Positions 8,001 through 16,381 of a stretch of DNA of 64,000 nucleotides are shown piece after piece (within the stretch, counting starts at the first letter, position 1; each line of letters starts with the position of its first letter). The DNA is from an uncultured bacterium (GTDB lineage Bacteria > Oederibacteriota > JAAXVQ01 > JAUVAV01), in the NCBI GenBank assembly GCA_963710755.1, contig CAVQBK010000005.1, forward strand, positions 103,947 to 167,946, read 5' to 3'. The translations under genes and the position numbers were made by a program. The notes under the pieces were generated by a model. That model was not told the origin of the DNA and made no database searches. It saw only the letters and a program-made list of their open reading frames with translations.

Positions 8001-10515
8001 CTTGGGCAACCGCCCCAAGGCTTTCTGCGGCCAATACGGTGTCAAATTTAAAAACGGTCTGATAAAGCGGAAGCCATGTTGCCTGAAACCAGCTTGCATC
8101 CTGATGGGTCCTGGCCATGGCTTGAGCCAATTGGCCCAAGGCATGACCCAAAGGATAAACTTTGTCTAGATCCCCGCTTTGAGCCCAAGCTTGCGCCACT
8201 GGCACAACCAGTTCCTGTAACAGGTCGCCGGAAGGATCTTTTTGAGCCAAAAGCATGGCAACTTTGCCCAGATCAACAGATGCAAAATTCCCGGGCGAGT
8301 TGAGGGCACTGATAATATAACGAAGCAAATAGTTCCAAGAATCTTCGGCATCATCAATATCCAGCAAACCATGCATTGTCTGGCGATCAATATGTAATTG
8401 CGCCATGGGTACGAGGGTATTCCATTTCTTATGGACCCGGACTGCAGATTGTTCATAGGCTGACTTGAGTTTCTCAAAGAACGATGCCGGTTTATAATAA
8501 ACCATCGCCAACCCCATGGTTGCGGCCAGACCTTGAAAAACCACTTCCCAATGGCCCAAAATCATTGCCAGAGCCTGCAATGCCGCCATCACGGCAAGCG
8601 GCATCAGGCTGAACATTAATCCCAATCCAATCACTCTTAAGGGATATTGATACCATCGCGTATAGACATGCTTTTCAAACAGAAAAGTCAATGGTGTTCT
8701 GATAATTTCAAAAGGTTTTTCGACGTAAGGCGAAATATGAATTCCTTCCCATATCTCTATTTGCCTTTCTTTTGTTTCCTTAATGGCCTGTAGGGTTTGC
8801 TTGACTTGCTTCCATCCCATCTCCTCAAACACCATAAACCCAACATCATCAATACCCTTAAACCGCCCATACTTCTTAGCCTTACTTGAAAATAACCGCT
8901 TGTCGGCAATGACCACCGGCAGATTTTTACCCTCGCATGTCCTGGCCAGGTAAACCTCACCATCCTCCGAGGGGGCGATGCGAAAGTCCTTCAACCCTTC
9001 CGGCGTCATGGATTCCATTTCAACTATTTTTTGATGATCAGTTATATAGGCCATTAGTTGCCTATGTTTTTCCGGCGGCAGCTTGTTCAACAAGGCCTCT
9101 GCCAAGGCGCCTAAAGTGATGCCCACAGCGGACGCATAATAAGGCGTCTGCGGCCAGGAGCGGATGGCCAGGGTGGTCTGGTTTTTAGCCAGTAATTCTT
9201 CAATGGGCAAAAGTTTGCCCTGAAGCAGGGAAAAATAAGGATTAACCATATCCTGTTTGGTCATTTTGGGTTGGATGGCGATAACGCCTATGCCCCGGCT
9301 TTTGAGTTCCTGAAAAACAGTGTCCGTATGAAAACCGCCGGTGATCATGACGGCCAGACTTTTCTTTTTTTCTGTCATGCTATTTAAAAGATTGACGACA
9401 AAATGCCGGCTGCGCTGATCGGCCAGGTCATAAAATGTTTTAACTTGTTGCAGATAATGGTCAAGGCCAATGAGTTCATTCCCCAACCGGGATAATCGTT
9501 CCAATTGCAGCGACTTAACATGTTGAGCTCCCACGCCAAGGATAAATTGTATAAATCCCGCAACTTGATATTTATCATTGTTTTTTCTGAAATCTTCAAC
9601 TTCTTTTTGATCAGCGGAAATATTGAGGAGTTTTTCAATGATATCCAGCCGGCGATAAGTTTGATCAAACGTGCGTTGTTGCTCGTTGCCATACAAGCCT
9701 TGGCGCAGGCGTTGATCCAAATGATCGAGTTCTTTAAACAAAGCCTCCACATTGACCTCATGGCCGGATGGATTCTTGAGATACCGATTAAGTTGCGGAA
9801 ATGATTGAATAAGAATGCCTTGATGAGACGCTTGTTTTTTTAATTGTTTGGCATAGCCCAGCACATCCAATTTGCCATTGCGGTAATCAGTACGCGATTG
9901 ATCAAAGGTCGACAAGGCCGGAGAATAGACATAAGCTTTTAGGCTGTCCATGGCCTCCCGCAAATCCATGCAATAGCCCATGCTCTCACTGTTTAAAAAA
10001 CTTCTGACTATTTGCTCGCTGGCATCATACAGAGCCGGGGTCTCAATGCCCATCAGGTCTATCTTGCGTTCGCCGGTGGCTGCGTAAAATTCCGCGCCCG
10101 TGAGTTTTCCCTGTCTTAAGAAATCACCACTCACCTCTTGCCTGATTTTTCCAATGGGAAAACTGCGCATTTGGCTGGTATCCACCGTCCCGTTTGCGCC
10201 TTCTTCGCCCACCAGGTTAAGACCATGGTTTTTGACAAAGTACTGAATTATCCCCGCAATTTTTTTTTGCACTTCATAATGACAATGGAGATCTTGAATG
10301 AGAATAATAGTTTTATTGCGGCCTTGAAAGCATTGAGTAATACGGCCCATCTGTTTAGGCAGGAAGAATGATTTCCCGGCGTCATGGATTATTGGTTGAT
10401 GATCAGCAAGCAACCCGCCATCAAATGCCCAGCTAATATGTGGCAGCAATAGGAGGATCGCCATCAACACGATTAGATTTTTACAGTATGTGGATCCGGG
10501 CTGGAAGGGTTTCAT
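2068..10515 (-). CDS. Giant modular protein A (2815 aa): signal peptide, conserved IQDLHC N-terminal domain, TM module, helical/HEAT-like repeats, PPDK-like ATP-grasp and phospho-His domains, C-terminal TM module
   Basis: Uninterrupted 8.4 kb ORF. Hydrophobic N-terminus ending ISWA. PPDK-like motifs FGNKAAS, VRSS..SMPG, GEDLVSGR, PQELEF, SSHEAVVTRAAGIP, EGDQLILDG. N-domain aligns with 39538-44517. Confidence 0.85.
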   Translation of the reverse strand: MKPFQPGSTYCKNLIVLMAILLLLPHISWAFDGGLLADHQPIIHDAGKSFFLPKQMGRITQCFQGRNKTIILIQDLHCHYEVQKKIAGIIQYFVKNHGLNLVGEEGANGTVDTSQMRSFPIGKIRQEVSGDFLRQGKLTGAEFYAATGERKIDLMGIETPALYDASEQIVRSFLNSESMGYCMDLREAMDSLKAYVYSPALSTFDQSRTDYRNGKLDVLGYAKQLKKQASHQGILIQSFPQLNRYLKNPSGHEVNVEALFKELDHLDQRLRQGLYGNEQQRTFDQTYRRLDIIEKLLNISADQKEVEDFRKNNDKYQVAGFIQFILGVGAQHVKSLQLERLSRLGNELIGLDHYLQQVKTFYDLADQRSRHFVVNLLNSMTEKKKSLAVMITGGFHTDTVFQELKSRGIGVIAIQPKMTKQDMVNPYFSLLQGKLLPIEELLAKNQTTLAIRSWPQTPYYASAVGITLGALAEALLNKLPPEKHRQLMAYITDHQKIVEMESMTPEGLKDFRIAPSEDGEVYLARTCEGKNLPVVIADKRLFSSKAKKYGRFKGIDDVGFMVFEEMGWKQVKQTLQAIKETKERQIEIWEGIHISPYVEKPFEIIRTPLTFLFEKHVYTRWYQYPLRVIGLGLMFSLMPLAVMAALQALAMILGHWEVVFQGLAATMGLAMVYYKPASFFEKLKSAYEQSAVRVHKKWNTLVPMAQLHIDRQTMHGLLDIDDAEDSWNYLLRYIISALNSPGNFASVDLGKVAMLLAQKDPSGDLLQELVVPVAQAWAQSGDLDKVYPLGHALGQLAQAMARTHQDASWFQATWLPLYQTVFKFDTVLAAESLGAVAQALAQHDSPDAWLDDLWLPLYEKALHDNFWQTQRAAARALGGLALAMAESKGSYKLGADGARKKLMALYDKCLASADDHVQEGAQDAMGDLAKALAMHDSSRVWYDNFWKSRLKEKSIPKRYIGDLAEAFVISDPSGQWLKQELMPALPREGAFVGLGGLARAIDKLEMSGQQLLDGAADKQALIEKIWMPYYEWLLTSAPQSAIGVMNFIESGDLDKVTEAALRLDPSGQFLAQVWGKLRTYSERQRENKRLIWTLQMRMPKLARILATVGDSDGKALFKTIWLPLYQSLHIAPCDSAVINSLMYFVPYQQLANNQSIMARAKTLHQKGIIPTPVLLQSGIKPAVIEKAWARVQRQFHRGYLFNNPRALLEKPLTRDLSYTLYHDQQKRDQRLKRVGYDHFEQYTAKVRADPRGQAELAQHYEITRIKALLQEEASDQADLDDKLTHLFMAGGRDAVGDIEDLFDSKPDRSDFPTEAFSPKEVLRAPFYSGLLDLLSTKVHPGFLYASLKQLKAAYGESFWTYWPEFVELGVSAGGAVDQFFSDGLCTLKPYVTSAEDLRRLSMHMLPHYNLASGVMVRNNGYFHYLKEHLSDGVIKEHLTELLDLDEQARRTLLSNLDTLSRQGNSRNEQDNLLQVFGVEVLSARPYDDIDEAALFLSLGEDGILFIQNISRRRRLDTRSLGQAVIAVPGRQATNEEKRKAVRREGFRFFLDVLTQMASESDQQWFGDQDWSMQQALGIVPLGVPVDAARFGNKAASFAGFADYRYPYPGGVVLSRSVAEKIADLSEKVKIQAGDDFVVRSSPQYSMPGQLLTVAGIANNPDSVAAAIKQVLASWDKPSARKYRADHDIPQDSGMGVIIETYAPTDKNEQSGYGVAFTSHPDTGEPGLCGNFAVKAKGEDLVSGRVAGRPITALKSLFPEAYQYLAEVATVMERTKRFPQELEFGIVDGKLQLFSSRAILFSQEGELNFYRQALAQGLISDGEYTLALDRLQNRRAARMMYKLASKEGLSPAGRGLAATSGAMAGKVAFDIKKASAWVKAGPVILVANQENREDIIRHITDFPRVGLITLYGSASSHEAVVTRAAGIPSLINLVNARLDLKAHVLHCGRMEIHEGDQLILDGHDNHLFTGRSNGNHLVEDKATMDASYNIDIPAYLDEIKQPYLNANGQINASITLEDLVELNQRADLEFINYKRSGNEAEALKANLRKHVFHVLLLEKARVLGQNEDKIKAGLEEALEQSREEYVKNLPLDADLKLGDLKQLTYRYVGHKNVIALFKLIQESVDSIVRDPRQGVKLAEAIRSLRLEPGTHPKRENIVYLHFAHELLRNVYLQLLLRKDFKDQKSLKAIGRTLGRSENLVDEDIRVFADTTIPDWGKKERLLINEGVRLVKIGGLPDEDDLQRLAMKLADYPSIRIFNNLYVTGDNHRGFVFHYDPELLVPQADLNAARGIIERDGFEIRFEKEGIAGANYPIPDGFRADLNLSIPPVSTGQGASRLWYTIHNYFHTPLSWEDYQNKAHALENRYLWKIIIYMIAMFGVGTLIWGVSSGDYSMLMNAGKELTGFKFGWIKSIGLVSWLAFFVGSHGNPNWLKGYVGRMFNQGAPVENNTPRENLRAAWRIFLGIAFAHLGPLVLAVPLAYRIHEMINWKNRHHDFEVARDLKLSSVKPGFNTSLRAGLRKNTMSKNLLNLARTAWLMIVNKAFVTAESLENHPQLNALIDREMVNYFRHGAAAFASLPGRKTQQYTVHYETINLFGFVIKLFLGRYQPHGRPAIYLPQSVAGLYVNTTNQHTIMGRFIHYHTGQWLAWVILKSAQQRFAPTLFDRGLETLYAWLGQPQPRWRRIVRSFQLSDDLNRVQAADKALKTVFNNPRGEKKPPSQLLFDIYQCLLLDSNVEQLDEPAVAARLGLISKLSSWQLPKRKVRLKNGPTLVIPMPMGQPKQQLIIQQLYQLEIIDDSEPKRSRPLHWLQRLRSSA

Positions 10516-10799
10516 TACTTTTCCTTTATTTTATGCGGGTATTATACCCCTTCCGGAGTATCCAAAGAAATTTTATACCGTCGGACTTTTCCTTTATTTC
10601 CATCTATAACATATGTGCATATATTTATATCGGCTTATTAATCTCAATGCAATGTAATGTCTGCTAATTTAAAATTTAGTCAATAGTTGCTGAGACAGGT
10701 GTTTCACGATTAATCATTTAAAGGGTTGGATTTTTATAGTGCTGGAAAAAAGTCTATTTTTAGTGAAAAAGTGGCTGGGTAGATTCAAGTTTCGATATT

Positions 10800-12947
10800 T
10801 TATTTCCTGCTCACCCGCAGCACGCCTTTGATTTTCTGCAGGTTATTGATGATGTCGCGCAAGTGGTCCTGATTGCGGATTTCCAGAGTAAAAAGACCTT
10901 CCACCAGGTTGTTGGCTGTGGTTCTGGTATCCGTACCTTTGAGGATGGCCTTGTTGTCATAGATGACATGGAGCAGATCCGCCAGCAACCTTTCGCGGTC
11001 CTGGGCCAGTACAAAGAGGCGCATGGTGTGTACGGCATCCTGCATATCACCCCAAGATACTTCCACTTTCCTGCCCGGTTCATTGGTCATATGATTAAGG
11101 TTGGCGCAGTCGCTGCGATGAATGGAAATTCCCCGGCCCTGGGTGATGAAGCCCACGATGGCATCGCCGGGGATGGGGTGACAGCACTGGGCAAACCGGA
11201 CCACCATGCCCGTCATGCCATGAACCCGGATACCTTTGTCCCCTTTGGTGCTGGGCTCGGAATGCACGGGCGGCGGGGCCAGCACAGGCGCCGGTTGGGC
11301 GGTGGGATTGGCAAAACCCAGTTTGGCCGCCACGGTGCGGGCCGATACATTGCCGTCGCCGATCTGAATCAGTAATTCCTCTACCTCTCTGAAATTCATG
11401 CCTTGAGCTGTGTGTAAAAGCCGCTCTTTCTTCAAGACTTCATTCAAACTGGACTCACAGCGTTTTAATTCCGTATCCAAAATAGTTTTGCCCTGCTCCA
11501 GTTTTTGATCCCGGTCCAATTGGCGAAAATAGTGACGGATGCGGTTTTTGGCTTTGGTGGTCTTGACGATTTTCAGCCAGTCCTGGGAGGGTTTGGCATC
11601 GCTGCGCGTAATGACCTCCACAATGTCGCCGTTCTTCAATTCATGTTTAAGTGGCACCAAACGGTTGTTAACTTTGGCGCCGATGATTTTGTCGCCCAGT
11701 CCGGAATGTATAAGATAGGCAAAATCAATGGGTGTGGAGCCACGCCGCAGAGATTTGACCTCGCCTTTGGGGGTGAATACAAACACCTCATCTTCAAAGA
11801 GATCGATCTTCAGGGCTTCCATGAATTCGCGGGAATCGCGCAAGTCCTGCTGCCAATCCAAGAATTGGCGAAACCAGGCCAGTTTAGTCTCGTATTTTTT
11901 ATCCGCTGTATCCCCTTCCTTGTAGGACCAGTGGGCGGCAATGCCTTCCTCCGCCGTCTGATGCATTTCTTCGGTTCGGATCTGTATTTCCAAAGGTTCG
12001 CCGGAAGGGCTGATAATCGTGGTGTGAATGGACTGGTACATGTTGGATTTGGGCATGGCGATAAAATCCTTGAACCGCCGCGGCAGGGGCTTCCAATGGG
12101 CGTGCACAAGGCCCAAAACTGCGTAACAGTCCTTTAGATTTTCTGTGATGACCCGCAGCGCCATGATGTCGTAGATCTGATCGAGGTCCTTGTCCTGGAA
12201 ACGCATTTTGTTCCAGATGCTGAGCATATGTTTCATGCGGCCGTTGATACGGGCATGAATATGGGCTTCCTTGATCCAGAGCTCCAGCTCCCTTTTGACC
12301 TGTTCAATAGTCTGCATGCGCTGCTCTTCCAAAGCTGCCAGACGGGAGCGGAGGTCCTCATATTCTTTGGGATGGAGGTATCTGAAACACAGGTCCTCCA
12401 ATTCATTTTTCACACGGCCCATCCCCAGGCGGTGGGCCAGAGGCGCATAAATTTCCAAAGTTTCCCGGGACAACCGGATTTGTTTTTCCGGGGCCAGGTA
12501 CATGAGGGTGCGCATATTGTGCAGACGGTCAGCCAGCTTGATGACAATGACCCGGATATCCTTTACCATGGCCAGCATAATCTTGCGCAGGTTTTCAGCC
12601 TTGCGTTCTTCAGAATCGCGAAACACTTTGGCGCTGATCTTGGTGACCCCTTCCACCAATTCGGCGATTTCCTTGCCGAACTTTCCTTCAATCTCTTCCT
12701 TGGTAGCCTCGGTGTCTTCAATGCAGTCATGGAGGATTCCCGCCATCAGCGTATCCGCATCACAATGGAGATCAAACAGATTCTGGGCAGTGCCTACCAC
12801 ATGGGTGATATAGGGATCCCCGGAAAGCCGTTTCTGGCCGGCATGATAGTGTTCGGCAAACCGATAGGCAGCCTCCATACGTTCCACTTCCTGGGGTCGG
12901 AAGATTTCCGTTAACTGGTTTTTTAAAGTCTGCCAGTCGGTGTTCAC
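10800..12947 (-). CDS. rel: Bifunctional (p)ppGpp synthetase/hydrolase, long RSH (HD-SYNTH-TGS-ACT)
   Basis: HDCIED hydrolase motif, IKLADRLHNMRTL, RFKD and YQSIHT synthetase motifs, TGS (STPIDFAYLIH), CCHPIPGD, C-terminal ACT. Confidence 0.95.
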   Translation of the reverse strand: MNTDWQTLKNQLTEIFRPQEVERMEAAYRFAEHYHAGQKRLSGDPYITHVVGTAQNLFDLHCDADTLMAGILHDCIEDTEATKEEIEGKFGKEIAELVEGVTKISAKVFRDSEERKAENLRKIMLAMVKDIRVIVIKLADRLHNMRTLMYLAPEKQIRLSRETLEIYAPLAHRLGMGRVKNELEDLCFRYLHPKEYEDLRSRLAALEEQRMQTIEQVKRELELWIKEAHIHARINGRMKHMLSIWNKMRFQDKDLDQIYDIMALRVITENLKDCYAVLGLVHAHWKPLPRRFKDFIAMPKSNMYQSIHTTIISPSGEPLEIQIRTEEMHQTAEEGIAAHWSYKEGDTADKKYETKLAWFRQFLDWQQDLRDSREFMEALKIDLFEDEVFVFTPKGEVKSLRRGSTPIDFAYLIHSGLGDKIIGAKVNNRLVPLKHELKNGDIVEVITRSDAKPSQDWLKIVKTTKAKNRIRHYFRQLDRDQKLEQGKTILDTELKRCESSLNEVLKKERLLHTAQGMNFREVEELLIQIGDGNVSARTVAAKLGFANPTAQPAPVLAPPPVHSEPSTKGDKGIRVHGMTGMVVRFAQCCHPIPGDAIVGFITQGRGISIHRSDCANLNHMTNEPGRKVEVSWGDMQDAVHTMRLFVLAQDRERLLADLLHVIYDNKAILKGTDTRTTANNLVEGLFTLEIRNQDHLRDIINNLQKIKGVLRVSRK

Positions 12948-13651
12948 GCGGGTTGGGTATCCTTCGGATTGATTTTCCCAGCTAAACGGTCCAGAGCTTG
13001 GCGACGCAGGCGGGAGAGTGCATCTTGCAACTGTTGACGACAGGCCTCGCTCTGGCGGTCATCCATTCTTTTAGGAATGGTCATGGGCTCGCCGAAAACG
13101 ATCACCGCCCGGCTGAATGGTTTGGGAATCTCAAATTGATCCCAACTTCGGTGAAGCCGCCACGTCTTTGCCACCGCACACCCAAAGGGCGCGATGCTGT
13201 GCCCGGACAAGGCTGCCAAAAAAACCGCGCCCGGCTGGGCTTGATAAATTGGCCCACGCGGTCCGTCGGGGGTAATGGCCGTATGGTGTCCTTGATGCAG
13301 AGACCGGGCCAACCCGCGCAAGGCATTGACCTTGCCCTGGCTGGTGGAGGAACGCACTGTGCCAAACCCAAAATGGTGCAACACGGCGGCAATATAATCA
13401 CCGTCTTTGGAGCGCGAGACCAGCACGCGGATCCCGTGATTCCTGAAAAAATAGGTGGCCAGCAATTGCTGATTGTGCCAGAAGGCGTAGATCAAGGGTG
13501 ATTTGGGCTTGGCCTGCGGTGCCAGCCCATGGGGGTCGATCAGTTTTACTCTCAGGGTCATCAACATGAGCCGGACCAGAAAACTGGCCACCGGCATAAG
13601 CATTAACAGAAGTCGATGTTTAACTGGTGGTTGGGAGGTATTGGGTTGCAA
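12944..13651 (-). CDS. Lysophospholipid acyltransferase-like protein (DUF374 type)
   Basis: FWHNQ, VSRSKDGD, ITPDGPRGP, SWDQFEIPKPF motifs; 4-nt overlap with rel. Confidence 0.85.
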   Translation of the reverse strand: MQPNTSQPPVKHRLLLMLMPVASFLVRLMLMTLRVKLIDPHGLAPQAKPKSPLIYAFWHNQQLLATYFFRNHGIRVLVSRSKDGDYIAAVLHHFGFGTVRSSTSQGKVNALRGLARSLHQGHHTAITPDGPRGPIYQAQPGAVFLAALSGHSIAPFGCAVAKTWRLHRSWDQFEIPKPFSRAVIVFGEPMTIPKRMDDRQSEACRQQLQDALSRLRRQALDRLAGKINPKDTQPA

Positions 13652-13762
13652 AATAATTCATCTGCTCCTTTGTCGTCATTCCTGTTGGGGAAAGACCGCT
13701 TATAGTGCAAGTCATTCAGGTTTGCTATCCACCCTAGGTGGTATTTAAAGAAAACGCATTCG

Positions 13763-13788
13763 TTGAGTACAGGCATGCCTGTACTCAA
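13763..13788. repeat. Perfect 26-bp palindrome (REP-like)
   Basis: TTGAGTACAGGCATGCCTGTACTCAA equals its own reverse complement. Confidence 0.8.
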
Positions 13789-13871
13789 TAGTGTAAACCA
13801 TCGTCCTGCAAAGGGCGGGAACAAGACCTACTTAATCCGTAGCAAGAATTATTATCCTAAACCAAGCCACT

Positions 13872-14390
13872 TCAAGCCAGAATCGTCCCTTCCAGGCGTT
13901 GCAGCTGCAATTTCATCTCAGCCCCGCCGGAAAAACCGCCCAGGCGGCCTTTGGCTGCCACCACCCGGTGACACGGAACCAACAGAGGTAGCGGATTGGC
14001 ATTAAGCGCCTGCCCAACAGCCCGTTTAGATTCCGGATCGCCCATCATCTCAGCGATCCAACCGTAGGTTCTGGTGGTGCCATAAGGGATGGTCCTGGCA
14101 ACACACCACACCTGGCGTTGAAAGACCGTGGCCACATTGTAGTCTAATTTGAGATTAAAATCCACGGGACGGCCTTGGAAATAATGGCGTAACTGTACCT
14201 GCAGCTTTTTAAACAAGGGGTGCTTGTTGTCAGGAATCAGTTCTTCCCCACGGGTGGCGGCGCACAGAGCCTCAAAAGCCGCTTGTTTTTGTGACTTTGG
14301 TAAAATCACATGTCTGAGCCCGTGTTTGCTCAGGGCCAGGGCTATATAACCCCAATCAATCTTTATAATATCAAAGCGTAACTTTTCCAT
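13872..14390 (-). CDS. ogt: Methylated-DNA--protein-cysteine methyltransferase
   Basis: IPYGTTRTYG, RAVGQA, NPLPLLVPCHRVV active-site motif; ATG at 14390 follows AAGGA. Confidence 0.92.
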   Translation of the reverse strand: MEKLRFDIIKIDWGYIALALSKHGLRHVILPKSQKQAAFEALCAATRGEELIPDNKHPLFKKLQVQLRHYFQGRPVDFNLKLDYNVATVFQRQVWCVARTIPYGTTRTYGWIAEMMGDPESKRAVGQALNANPLPLLVPCHRVVAAKGRLGGFSGGAEMKLQLQRLEGTILA

Positions 14391-14434
14391 GTTGTTTCCT
14401 TCTTTGGCCAAACCGCCGACAACGGTGATGAGGC

Positions 14435-16045
14435 TTATTCAATCCAGCTTTCCTCGGCACCGGCCAAGCCGACTTTTTTCTTGATCAACTTCCAGACCTG
14501 TTTTTGTTCCGGCACTTGGAAAAACCAGCTAAAAGCAGCATAGGCGCCGATGCCAAAAATAATCAGCGCGATTACTTTCCAGGCCAGCTCCAACCTGGGT
14601 ATGGATGCACCGGCATGAGCCAGCCAGCCTTGGCTGCCTTGATAAACAATAAACCCCATCCCCAAGCCCGCCGCCATGATTCTCAGCAAGGAATTAAGGA
14701 TACGCTTACCGTCCAATTTCCCCACCAGCCGGTGAAGCATAATAATAAGGATTGTGAAGTTCACAAAGGCCGCCACGGAAGTGGCCAGGGCCAGACCTTT
14801 GTAGCCCATGGACTGCATGAGCAACAAATTTAATCCAATGTTGACCACCACCGCCACCACGGCTGCGATCACCGGAATCTTGGCGTTATTGAGGGCATAA
14901 AAAGTGGGCACCACCACTTTGACGCCGGCAAAGGCCAGCAAACCCAGGCTGTAATAAATGCTGGCCTGGGCCACGGCGCTGACGGCCTCGGGACTGAAAC
15001 GGCCATATTGAAACAGCAGCCGGTTGATGGGTTCGGCCAGTACGATAATCCCCACCGCCGCAGGTACGATAATCATGAACAGAAGCCGAAAACCGAAGGA
15101 CAGACTTTTAACCAACTGGTCATGCTGCCCTTGAGCAATATGTTTGGAGGTCACCGGCAGCAACGCCGTGGCAATGGCCACCCCAAAAACGCCCAAGGGC
15201 AGCTGCATCAAACGGTTACCGTAATAAAGATAAGTGACCGAGCCTTGCGGCAGAAAGGAGGCGATCACGGTATTGATGAACAAATTAATCTGGGTTACCG
15301 ACAACCCTAATACCGCCGGGCCCATCAAGCGAATAATTTTTTTCAGACCCGGATCGTTCCATTTGATCAGGGGCCGCCAGCGGTAGCCTTGCTTGAGCAC
15401 CGCCGGCAGCTGGATCAGCATTTGCATGGATCCGCCGATCATGGCGCCCCAGGCCCAGCCAATGACCTGTTGTTCCGGCCGCTGGCCGAAAAAGGGGCAA
15501 ATAAAAATACCAAAGGCGATCATGGTCAGATTAAGCATGACCGGTGCAAAAGCCGGTATGGCGAATCGTTCCTTGGAATTGAGGATGCCCATCAGCACGG
15601 CTGCCAAGCTGATGAAACTCAAAAAAGGAATTAAAATCCTGGTCAGGTGAATGGTCAGGCGGAATTTTTCGGGGTTGTCGGCAAAACCAGGCACAATAAC
15701 CGAAACAATCACCGGCGCCCCGGCTTCCCCCAGAATCACCAACCCCAGCATGACCAGCATGACGGCGTTGATCACAATGGACACCAGCTGCCAGGCCCTG
15801 GCTTGGCCTTCATCCACCATGGTCTTGGTAAAAGTCGGAATAAACGCCGAGGACAGCGCGCCTTCTGCGAACAGATCGCGCAGGAGATTGGGAATGCGAA
15901 ATGCTGCCAGGTAAGCGTCATTAGCCAAGCCGGCGCCCAATAGCGCCCCGCCCACACCGTCACGGACGTAACCGAAGACGCGGGAGATCATGGTGAACAA
16001 GGAAATAATACCGGCGGTTTTGGCGAGTTGCTTGTCTTTGGCCAC
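14435..16045 (-). CDS. murJ: Lipid II flippase MurJ/MviN
   Basis: SRVFGYVRD, AFRIPNLLRDLFAEGALSSAFIP, RLMQLPLGVFG; GTG at 16045 follows AGGAG. Confidence 0.95.
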   Translation of the reverse strand: MAKDKQLAKTAGIISLFTMISRVFGYVRDGVGGALLGAGLANDAYLAAFRIPNLLRDLFAEGALSSAFIPTFTKTMVDEGQARAWQLVSIVINAVMLVMLGLVILGEAGAPVIVSVIVPGFADNPEKFRLTIHLTRILIPFLSFISLAAVLMGILNSKERFAIPAFAPVMLNLTMIAFGIFICPFFGQRPEQQVIGWAWGAMIGGSMQMLIQLPAVLKQGYRWRPLIKWNDPGLKKIIRLMGPAVLGLSVTQINLFINTVIASFLPQGSVTYLYYGNRLMQLPLGVFGVAIATALLPVTSKHIAQGQHDQLVKSLSFGFRLLFMIIVPAAVGIIVLAEPINRLLFQYGRFSPEAVSAVAQASIYYSLGLLAFAGVKVVVPTFYALNNAKIPVIAAVVAVVVNIGLNLLLMQSMGYKGLALATSVAAFVNFTILIIMLHRLVGKLDGKRILNSLLRIMAAGLGMGFIVYQGSQGWLAHAGASIPRLELAWKVIALIIFGIGAYAAFSWFFQVPEQKQVWKLIKKKVGLAGAEESWIE

Positions 16046-16235
16046 AAGGATGCTCCTAAAAAATGTGGAGCAGATTATAGCGCCATCGCGCCTGTTCATC
16101 AACAACTATGCAGCCATTATGAATAACAAAATATCCGATAATCCTCTTGACGGTTGAGCCAAAAAGGTGTTTGCTATAAGTTGTTCAGAGATAATAAATT
16201 TAAAAACTTATACGGTTAGCGATCAATTAGTTCCT

Positions 16236-16342
16236 GTTGCGAAAAAAACAATCTCCCTATTCCCTCTGGGTGCCCGCCGTAAGGATACCTCCCCAGAGAA
16301 GAGGGCTATTTTGTTAAGATTGAAAAGACCTTTTCCCGCAAC
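16236..16342. repeat. MITE-like dispersed element, copy 1 (GTTGCG...CGCAAC ends)
   Basis: Short terminal inverted repeat; internal sequence recurs at 30254-30328 and, inverted, at 33694-33780. Confidence 0.65.
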
Positions 16343-16381
16343 AAGAATTCATTATGAAAACATAAGGAGCCTCCGCTGCCT

